This document shows positions 42,160 through 50,359 of a stretch of 64,000 nt of DNA, piece after piece. The position numbers and the translations under genes were made by a program. A model generated the notes under the pieces. That model ran no database searches. It was not told the origin of the DNA and was given only the letters and a program-made list of their open reading frames with translations. Position 1 is the first letter of the stretch; each line of letters starts with the position of its first letter. Source of the stretch: Gammaproteobacteria bacterium (GTDB lineage: Bacteria > Pseudomonadota > Gammaproteobacteria > Ga0077536); assembly GCA_009692265.1 (NCBI GenBank), contig SHZM01000005.1:12459-76458 (forward strand), in the 5' to 3' direction.

Positions 42160-42891
42160 TTAGTCACCGAACTCCAACAGTTGCTGGCGATAGAGCCCGT
42201 CGCGTAAAAACCGACTCGTGCTACGTTCAGTCCGCACGAGCTTGACTAACCCGACCGCGGGCGCATACCACTCCTTTTGGGTCACGACGACTTCAGCATA
42301 GGCGTTGCCACGATCGATCCGTACAGTGCGCTGGCCAGTCAATGTCAGCCGAAGGCAGCCAGCAAAGCTGCCCGCCGGGATAGAGATCGTTTCGTTGAAG
42401 CCATCGACCCGTGCCGTCAATGGCAACCAGAGGTGCCGCCCCCGAAGCCTATCCTGTGCTGCGAACGTGCGACTTTCGACAAGCGCGAGTTCGCTATTCA
42501 CCTCCCAGCGCTGCCCAATAAATGGAGCATTGGGCACGATCAAGCTCGGCGGCGATCCCTCGGTATCGGCATGGACTACCCCCTTGGAAGTTAAGCGAAG
42601 GTTGTAGCGAAGATCGGCCTGGCGTCGCTGGAGTATTTTTGCTCCGTCTCGTCGTAGGTTTTCTACCACGATGCGATGATTTGCCACTTCACCCAGAATC
42701 CTGGATTCACTCTCGTAAAACCACCAACTTCCTGCTGCGAGCGGGTAATAAAGTGAATCAGAGGGCCCGCATGAGGTGATTACCGCAAGAAGGAAAATCG
42801 CGAGGAACGCAGCGAAGGGTACCCGCGTTGCATGGTGCGACACGGCACGCGGCGAATTAGTAAAAAAAGTTGTTGGTTGGTAACACCGCAA
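42160..42891 (-). CDS. hypothetical lipoprotein (start uncertain)
   Basis: Lipobox-like LAVITSC; YYPLAAGSWWFY; ETISIPAGSF..C; WYAPAVGLVK. Confidence 0.7.
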   Translation of the reverse strand: MRCYQPTTFFTNSPRAVSHHATRVPFAAFLAIFLLAVITSCGPSDSLYYPLAAGSWWFYESESRILGEVANHRIVVENLRRDGAKILQRRQADLRYNLRLTSKGVVHADTEGSPPSLIVPNAPFIGQRWEVNSELALVESRTFAAQDRLRGRHLWLPLTARVDGFNETISIPAGSFAGCLRLTLTGQRTVRIDRGNAYAEVVVTQKEWYAPAVGLVKLVRTERSTSRFLRDGLYRQQLLEFGD

Positions 42892-42943
42892 GTCGCCATC
42901 CCCCTGAGCCGGCAGGATAGCGGATTAAACCGGCATAAGGCGA

Positions 42944-43153
42944 TTAACGCGAAAGGCTGCGATCGTTGGTATAGAAGAGCCCCTGCAGCTCTTGGTTGTC
43001 GCCAAGTTCAAGCCGCAGCAACACCCTCGCGCCAAGCTTGCGTGCCCGCCGAAAGACTTCGTCCGACATCGCGAAAGGAACAAAATCGCCATTCATGTCG
43101 TGGTAGCCGTTGTACCGAGCAACTTGGCGGTCTATAGAGTGCAGCGCGTTCAT
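42944..43153 (-). CDS. small hypothetical protein (69 aa)
   Basis: ATG 43153 with GGAG RBS and a sigma54-like promoter upstream. Confidence 0.55.
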   Translation of the reverse strand: MNALHSIDRQVARYNGYHDMNGDFVPFAMSDEVFRRARKLGARVLLRLELGDNQELQGLFYTNDRSLSR

Positions 43154-43206
43154 GATGTTCTCCGTGAGTGAAGCTTGCTTCGTCAACTTATTCCGAATTG
43201 AACAGG

Positions 43207-43222
43207 AGCAAATCGTATTCCA
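43207..43222 (-). promoter_or_regulatory. sigma54 promoter candidate
   Basis: Minus strand TGGAATACGATTTGCT. Confidence 0.5.
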
Positions 43223-43520
43223 AACTCTCCCGCCGGCTTCGTTATGATTGCCGAGTTGCGACCTGTATCTACTTTTCGAGGGTATTGCGTGACTCAGCTC
43301 ACGCTTGGATAGCGGCAAACGGGTTCGAAGCTGAACGCGTTAGTGCGCCTAAAGTGTTTAAACCTGAGAAACTGACGCCCAGCGGCGACAAAATGAGACA
43401 TAGAGCGCGATGCACGGCGGTGGATCGCCGCAACATTTGGACAGGTCGGAACCGCTGATATTCGTTCACACTGGGTTTGCTCGCCCCGAATAGGGCGAAG
43501 CGCGCGCCCCCGGCAATTAT

Positions 43521-43755
43521 CTTAGAAACGGCAGTTCAACGGCGCGTGCAGTGTGTTCCGTTGGGTGCAGGGCAAGGTGCGAGGAGGAGGAATAGCCAGC
43601 ACATCCTCCGAGTTGCAACGCCGCCATGCGCGCAAGGGGACGCGCTGCGCGAGTCGTAGCGAACCCACCCAAAAGGTGACGCCCATTTGAACGGCAAAAT
43701 CACTCTTTTTCACGGACTTATGCATGCTCGACAGCGGTCAACTGCCGTTTCTAGG
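43521..43755. mobile_element. MITE-like element, type A
   Basis: 14-bp perfect terminal IR TAGAAACGGCAGTT (43523-43536) / AACTGCCGTTTCTA (43740-43753); non-coding. Confidence 0.7.
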
Positions 43756-43837
43756 AATATAGCTTTCTCAGGAAATTGCCGGGCCCGGACTCTGCGGTCG
43801 CCTCGCGCTGGCTTCTAACCCACGTGTTACCGCAACG

Positions 43838-43983
43838 TTAAGGGCACCTCTAAAAATTGTCTTTTTGCTCGACTGCGGTGTTGCGACACTTCGTGCGATG
43901 CTTATTAACTTACGGTGTTAACTGCGCTTCTCGAAAGTACCGCGCCTAGCAAAAAAAATCCCAATTTTCAGAGGCACCCTTAA
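43838..43983. mobile_element. MITE-like element, type B, copy 1
   Basis: TTAAGGGCACCTCTAAAAATT ... AATTTTCAGAGGCACCCTTAA; similar to 46943-47092. Confidence 0.8.
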
Positions 43984-45164
43984 TGGGATTTTTTTAGCGC
44001 CTTCATCGCTCGGTCGAGGCCATCAATGGTTAGCGGGAACATGCGATCGGACACCAGCTGCTTAACCATGCCAATCGAGGGTATGTAACTCCAATAATCT
44101 TCCGGCTGCGGATTGAGCCATACAGCGTAGGGATACAGCGCAAGCATTCGCGCCATCCACGTCGCTCCGGATTCCTCGTTCCAATGCTCTATGCTGCCGC
44201 CAACGGCCATAATTTCATACGGGCTCATCGTCGCGTCACCGACGAACACGACTTTATGGTCCTTGCTGTATGTATTCATTAAACGCTGCGTCGGAAACCT
44301 CACGTTGTTGCGCATCTGGTTGTCGCGCCAGACCGTTTCATAGACAAAATTATGGAAATAGAAATGTTCCAGATGTTTGAATTCAGTCCGTGTCGCGGAG
44401 AACAGTTCTTCACACACCTTGACGTGGGGATCCATCGACCCGCCGACATCGAGGAACAGCAACACCTTGGTGGTATTTCGTCGCTCGGGAACGAGTTTGA
44501 TATCGAGTAGCCCGGCGCGGCGTGCGGTTGAACGAATCGTATCGTCGAGATCTAGTTCCTCTTCTGCGCCTTCGCGCGCGAACCGGCGCAACTTGCGCAG
44601 TGCTATTTTGATGTTACGAGTACCAAGCTCGACTTGATCGTCGAGATTTTGATATTCGCGTCGATCCCAAACCTTGACCGCGCGGCCTTGACGTCCGCCA
44701 GCTTGCCCGATTCTGACTCCTTCCGGGTTATAGCCGTTGGCACCGAAGGGCGAGGTGCCGCCAGTGCCTATCCACTTATTGCCACCGTGGTGTTCGCGCT
44801 TCTGTTCTTCCAGGCGCTGCTTCAAGGTCTCCATCAACTTGTCCCAGCCACCGAGGCTTTCGATCAGCTTCTTCTCTTCCTCGCTCAGATTAAGTTCTTG
44901 TTGCTTGCGTAACCAATCAAGCGGGATCTCGCCCAAAATCTCTTCAAAGATCGTTTGCTGACCACGGATGTAATCGCCGAAGACTTTATCGAAACGATCA
45001 AAGAAGCGCTCGTCCTTGACCAATGTGGCGCGCGCAAGAAAGTAAAAATCGTCAATGCTAAAGCCCGCGATGCCGGCTTCCAGCGCGCTCATCAACGTCA
45101 GATACTCGGTAATGGAGACCGGGACCTGTACCTTGCGCAGGCGATAGAAAAACTCAGTTAGCAC
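43980..45164 (-). CDS. VWA-domain (CoxE-like) partner of MoxR ATPase
   Basis: GTG 45164 (VLTEFFYRL..VPVSITEYL); GGNKWIGTGGTSPFG; MIDAS DVGGSM; FVGDATMSPYEI. Confidence 0.88.
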   Translation of the reverse strand: MLTEFFYRLRKVQVPVSITEYLTLMSALEAGIAGFSIDDFYFLARATLVKDERFFDRFDKVFGDYIRGQQTIFEEILGEIPLDWLRKQQELNLSEEEKKLIESLGGWDKLMETLKQRLEEQKREHHGGNKWIGTGGTSPFGANGYNPEGVRIGQAGGRQGRAVKVWDRREYQNLDDQVELGTRNIKIALRKLRRFAREGAEEELDLDDTIRSTARRAGLLDIKLVPERRNTTKVLLFLDVGGSMDPHVKVCEELFSATRTEFKHLEHFYFHNFVYETVWRDNQMRNNVRFPTQRLMNTYSKDHKVVFVGDATMSPYEIMAVGGSIEHWNEESGATWMARMLALYPYAVWLNPQPEDYWSYIPSIGMVKQLVSDRMFPLTIDGLDRAMKALKKSH

Positions 45165-46011
45165 CGCGTCCTCGCGACATGAACACCAGGCGCTCGAACA
45201 AGTGCATGTCCTGTTCGTTCTTGAGCAGCGCACCGTATAGTTTTGGGATTGCCTTGCGTGAATCTTTTTCGCGCAAAGCTTCAGGCGGAATATCTTCCGC
45301 GACCAAGAGCTTGATCCAGTCGAGTAGTTCCGAAGTCGACGGCTTTTTTTTGAGACCCGGTAATTCACGTAACTCGAAAAAGCACTGCATCGCTTCGGTT
45401 AATAACCGCTTTTTTATGTCGGGGTAGTGGACATGCACGATTTGGTTCATCGTTTCTTGATCCGGGAATCTGATGTAGTGGAAGAAGCAGCGTCTCAGAA
45501 ATGCGTCGGGCAACTCTTTCTCATTGTTGCTGGTAATAATGATGATCGGCCGGTGTACCGCTTTAATGGTTTCCTTGGTCTCGTAAACGTAGAACTCCAT
45601 GCGATCGAGTTCTTGTAATAAATCATTTGGGAACTCTATGTCGGCTTTGTCTATCTCATCGATCAAGAGTACTGGCTGTACCGGCGCTTCAAACGCCTCC
45701 CACAGCTTGCCTTTGAGGATGTAGTTACGGATATCGTGGACCCGGTTGTCGGCTAGCTGCGAATCACGCAGGCGCGCGACGGCGTCGTATTCGTAAAGCC
45801 CGCGCGCGGCCTTAGTAGTCGATTTGATATGCCATTGGATCAGTTCGCGATCAAGTGCACGGGCGATTTCCTCGGCGAGCATAGTTTTGCCGGTCCCGGG
45901 CTCGCCCTTGACCAGCAACGGGCGGGCGAGCGTAATCGCAGCATTCACGGCCATCATGAGATCGTCCGTGGCGACGTAAGTTTCGGTACCAGAGAAGCGA
46001 GCTATCGACAT
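45154..46011 (-). CDS. MoxR-family AAA+ ATPase
   Basis: GEPGTGKT, LLIDEIDKADIEFPNDLL, TSNNEKELPDAFLRRC. Confidence 0.93.
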   Translation of the reverse strand: MSIARFSGTETYVATDDLMMAVNAAITLARPLLVKGEPGTGKTMLAEEIARALDRELIQWHIKSTTKAARGLYEYDAVARLRDSQLADNRVHDIRNYILKGKLWEAFEAPVQPVLLIDEIDKADIEFPNDLLQELDRMEFYVYETKETIKAVHRPIIIITSNNEKELPDAFLRRCFFHYIRFPDQETMNQIVHVHYPDIKKRLLTEAMQCFFELRELPGLKKKPSTSELLDWIKLLVAEDIPPEALREKDSRKAIPKLYGALLKNEQDMHLFERLVFMSRGRGAN

Positions 46012-46145
46012 GAATAAGTTCCGATTAAGTTGAGTTACGGGCCGCATTGTAATGCAAGCTCGCGCCGATCAAAGCGCCGGCTGACAGCTTTGGCACGGTT
46101 ACCGAAATTTTTACCGGAACGAGGTCTACACGAGGAAATCTGGCT

Positions 46146-46946
46146 ATGACCACCAATTCGCAGCTAGTGATCGCAGTACTCGCGTCGGCGCTTAGCCAGT
46201 TGGCACAAGCCGATCGCGCCGTCGGGATCAAGGCATTCGAAAGCGCTGATTACGGCCAAGCCCTAACCGAATTGCGCCCCGTCGCGATCGCGGGTAATGC
46301 GGAAGCCCAATACACCCTGGGGGTCATGTACGCCCAAGGTTGGGGAGTACTGGCCGATCCTGAACAGGCCTTTGCCTGGTATCAGCGCGCCGCTGTTCAG
46401 GACTACGCCAAGGCAGAACATAATCTCGCAGTCATGATCGAAGGCGGTGAAGTCGCGACCCCCGATCCTGCCGCCGCCCGCCGCTGGTTCGAACGTGCGG
46501 CTAACCATGGCAGTGCCAAGGCCGCGCTTGAACTAGGGTTGCGTTGTTATCGTGGATTTGATGACAGCGGGCCGGACTACGCTCGCGCGCTGGGGTGGTG
46601 GGAGCGCGCATTCTCGGCCGGTGAACCCGATGCTGGGTATAACCTCGGAATTCTTCATCGCCGCGGCCTAGGGGTCGACAAGGACATCAATTCGGCCACG
46701 AGGTGGTGGGAGCGCGCGGCGCGAGCTGGATCTTTAGTGGCCCAAAACGCCTTGGGAGCAGCGTACCAATCCGCGGCAGGTGTGCCGCTCGAGCCGGTCA
46801 AAGCCTACGCGTGGTACCAAGTAGCTGCGCGTGGAGGCCTGCGGGTAGCGGCGCAAAATGCGACGCTTTTGGAAGCTCAACTAAGTCCCGAACAGCTCGC
46901 GCACGCGCGTGACCTTTCCACCGAATTGATGACTCAATCGCCTTAA
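46146..46946 (+). CDS. exported Sel1-like repeat protein
   Basis: Signal peptide and about 5 SLR repeats (AQYTLGVMYAQGWGV, etc.). Confidence 0.88.
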   Translation: MTTNSQLVIAVLASALSQLAQADRAVGIKAFESADYGQALTELRPVAIAGNAEAQYTLGVMYAQGWGVLADPEQAFAWYQRAAVQDYAKAEHNLAVMIEGGEVATPDPAAARRWFERAANHGSAKAALELGLRCYRGFDDSGPDYARALGWWERAFSAGEPDAGYNLGILHRRGLGVDKDINSATRWWERAARAGSLVAQNALGAAYQSAAGVPLEPVKAYAWYQVAARGGLRVAAQNATLLEAQLSPEQLAHARDLSTELMTQSP

Positions 46947-47092
46947 GGGCAACTCAAAAATTGTCTTTTTGCCCGATTGCGGCGCTGCGGCACTTCCTTC
47001 GATGCTCATTAACTTGCCGTGTTAACTGTGCTTTTCGGAAGTACCGCGCCTTGCACTCAAAAAAAAACCTAATTTTTTAGGGGTGCCCTTAA
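46943..47092. mobile_element. MITE-like element, type B, copy 2
   Basis: TTAAGGGCAACTCAAAAATT ... AATTTTTTAGGGGTGCCCTTAA. Confidence 0.8.
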
Positions 47093-47114
47093 CCGGAAAC
47101 GGCCGTTTCTCGGT

Positions 47115-49556
47115 TTAAAACTCGTCAGCGAGTTTGTCGGCGATTTCGTCGAGAAGCGTCAAGGTAGTATTGTCCGCGGCCTGTCGGGCCGCCGTGGCGC
47201 GCTGTCGAATGCGTGCCGTGTGTTCGAGCATGCGACTCATTAATCTTTGCGTTGCGCCGTTGAATTCTGCATTCGATCTTGTTCTTCAACCCATTCTTCA
47301 AGCTCTTTCTTAAGCAGCGAACTCAGTCCGCTTCCGGGCTGCTGCGCGCGTTGCAGCTGCTCCGCGTTTTCGCGCTGTCGCGATTCGGCGACTGAGGTCG
47401 CGGCTACCGCATCGACAAGTTTAGACGCGGCCGCCGAAGCGTGGGCCTCTAGCAGTTCAATCTCCGCGCGTAAGTTTTGTTCCGTCTGTTGGCTGGAAGA
47501 TTGACGCAAACGTGCGGCCGAAAGTTCTTGCTCTGCGACTACGCGGGCGGCTTCGGCGGCTTCCTTATCGCGCACCGCGTTAAGCATTTCGAGCCTGAGT
47601 CGCTCGGCATCCGCCGCAATGCGAGTTCGCTCCGCCGTCAGCTTCTGGGCCATTTCAAACGCTTGACGCGCTTGCGTGGCGCGATACTCCGCAATGATTG
47701 TCTGCGCTTCTTCAGCCGCCGCCGCCTTGGCTGCCTCGGCCGCTACTTGATCCTGGCGTGCCTGGGCGATTTCGGCTGCTGATTTGGCGAATTCAGCTTC
47801 AAAGCGTTGTCGCTCACGCGCCAATTCGCCCTTCAAAGTTTCGCGGAGTTGGGCTTCTTGCGCGGCGAGCTTGGTTGCTTGGGCAGCCTCGCGTGCGCGG
47901 GCTGTTTGCTCTAAGAGTTCAGCGGCGGCGAGCCGGTTGCGACTCATCGTGGATTCGAGTTCTATTTTTTACCAGGTGTCATTCAGAGACCGACGTTCCT
48001 GCTGGGTCGCCACTTGGAGCTGTTCGAGCTGTTGTGCCTGTTGTCGAAAAACCTCTTCAAGCCGAGCTTCTTTTTCCTGTAACGCGCGTTCGATTCGTTC
48101 CTGCGCGAGCTGGGCGCGAGCAGCGTGCTCTTTGCGTTGCCGCGCCGCTTCGGCCGATGCCGCGGCATGCTGCTGTTCGAGTAAGTTTTTTAAACGTCCC
48201 GCTTCTTCCAGCTTCGCACGAACCGCAGCCTCTTCTTGCTGGATGCGAGCTCGCTCATTTCCAACCTGCTGGGCGACATACTCCGCCGCTTCGCGTTTGG
48301 CCGCTTCTGCTTCCGCAACCAATTGCTGTGCATGCGCGATTTGAATGTGAGCCCGTTCAACTTCTGCGGCCAGCGACTGGGCATGGACTTCGGCATCAAC
48401 CATCGCTTCCCTACGCTGCGCGCTAGTGGCTTGGGCGGGGACTTCGGCCGGGGCAGGTGAAACAGCAGCTGTAGGCGCCGCTATCGGCGGAATTGGATGA
48501 GTGAGTAACTCATCGATCGCGCTGGTCGCAACAAAGCAGATGTCATAGCCTTCCTGGGTAAGGAGGAAGGCGGCTGCCGAGCTGCGCCCACCAGTATCGC
48601 AATACGCCACATAACTTATTTCGGGAGCCAGTTCTTTAAAGCGAGTTCGCAGGAAACTGAGTGGCAAATTAAAGCTTCGCGATAATCCGTTGGCCGCATG
48701 CTCTTCCGGGAAACGTACATCCAGCCAGCGCGCGCCGGCGTCTACCATTTCTCGCGCTTTAGCCAGACTGACGCTCCGTAGCAGTGGCTCCCTGATCAAT
48801 TCGATGAAATGCTCTTGCGTTAGCCGTCCCAGCACGCCGTCGGACAACATGCGCACCGTTGCATTTCGTTTTGTATTAGAGACGAGCGCTTCTTCGCCAA
48901 AGGTGTCGCCAGGCCCCAGTTCGGCGAGCTTGATTTGCTTGCCCGCACGCGTTGCGCGGCAAACTTCACACCTGCCGGTTTGCACGATGTAGTAATAATC
49001 ACCGACGTTGCCTTGTTGGATAACGACTTCGCCAGCGGTGACGTTGATAGCTTCCAAGGTATCGATCAACCGTTGGATATTCGCCGGTGGGATGCGCGCA
49101 AAGAGTTCGGATTGCAGCATGCTGGTGAGCCAGTCTAGCGCGCCAGTGGATTCAAACTCTTCGACTTCGATTGAAGACGGCTTTTCTTCTACCTCTTCGT
49201 TCGCAAGGCTTAGAAACTTATCGAGTAGGCGGCGATCGATCCGTAAAACCTGAGCGCTGCCAAGCGCCTTGGCCGACATTTGGCGCGGCTGGAGTTGCGC
49301 TAATGGCTGAAACGACGCAGCGTCTCCACCCACCATCCTTTTTATGAGTTGGTCGCCGGACCACATCTCAAGTTCGCCAGACAGCAGATAATGCGAATAA
49401 TTATCTCGATCGCCCTGCCGGAAGATGTGGTCCTTCTTTGTTAAAACTTAGAATTTCGGCCGTCGCCAACAGTTGTTCCTGTTGTTTCGGCTGCAAATTA
49501 TTGATGGGCACCAACAGGCCCAGACGTTCATGGAAAGTATTTTGTTCCGAAGGCAT
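47115..49556 (-). pseudogene. tandem cNMP-binding/rhodanese/coiled-coil protein, short paralog (about 810 codons, three lesions)
   Basis: Start MPSEQNTFHERLGLLVPINNL; frameshift near 49440; GDTFGEEALVSNTKRNATV; WLDVRFPEEH; YCDTGGRSS; in-frame TAA at 47969; frameshift near 47240; tail RIRQRATAAR...LLDEIADKL* matches the paralog's C-terminus. Confidence 0.85.
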
Positions 49557-49587
49557 AACACGTCCGTGACTTGCTTTATGCGTTGCC

Positions 49588-49794
49588 TCAAGCGTCTAAG
49601 TCGGGAATGAGGGCGCTTTTGAGTTTGGCAATTTGATCCTTGAGCTGCAGCTTGCGCTTTTTTAAACGCTTAATCAGTAATTCATCGACGCGTGGTGATT
49701 CGGTTAAACGAGCCACAATTTCGTCCAGGTCGCGATGTTCGACTTGGAGTTCGAACAGACGGCGTTCAACTGATTTACGATCTGTGTTCGACAA
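49588..49794 (-). CDS. DUF465/YdcH family small coiled-coil protein
   Basis: RLFELQVEHRDLD...IKRLKKRKLQLKDQI...IPDLDA; TTG start after GGAG. Confidence 0.88.
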   Translation of the reverse strand: MSNTDRKSVERRLFELQVEHRDLDEIVARLTESPRVDELLIKRLKKRKLQLKDQIAKLKSALIPDLDA

Positions 49795-50234
49795 GCCGAA
49801 CTCCAAGCTGCAAGCGTACCGTTTCATGCAAAATTCTACAGCTAATCGAATAAAAAAACGGAACTTTTTGTCGGTCCATCGACGAGGATGCAGGGCCGCC
49901 AGCGCTATGGCGTGGCGCCGGTAGGTGTAACCCTATGGTAGGCCGATGACGAGTCAACGTTCCCTCCGCCCTGCCGATTCCGGGACCGTTCACAATACGG
50001 GTTTGCCGGGAGCGGTCGCTACACCCAATAGAGCGCCGCCAGCGGTGTTACTGGAGCCGGTCGTGAGCGTATACTCGGCACAAATATACGAAGATAAATG
50101 CCCACATCACGAGATCTCGACACCGCGGCGGCGGCACTGGTGAGAGATTTGTCGGGGATGGCCGCGCTCGGGATAATGGCCGAGCGCCCGATTGGTGGAT
50201 CTCGTGTGGGTCGCTGCGTTGGTGAACCGAAATG

Positions 50235-50250
50235 CGTGATCGCTATCACA
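50235..50250. promoter_or_regulatory. candidate CRP/Vfr binding site
   Basis: CGTGA-TCGCTA-TCACA (consensus TGTGA-N6-TCACA); extended -10-like TGCTTTAAT at 50288-50296. Confidence 0.55.
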
Positions 50251-50359
50251 AAGGCCTACCTACTCTCCTGCAGCAGCCGCCACGGGTTGCTTTAATTCGA
50301 ACTGACGACAACCAACTAGCTCATTTGCAACCGAGTCAAAGCTTGCGTTTTCTCCAATT

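Noticed and set aside
43521-43983. Possible CRISPR array or RNA gene in the repeat-rich intergenic region
   Set aside because: No repeat-spacer periodicity or tRNA fold; terminal inverted repeats fit MITEs better
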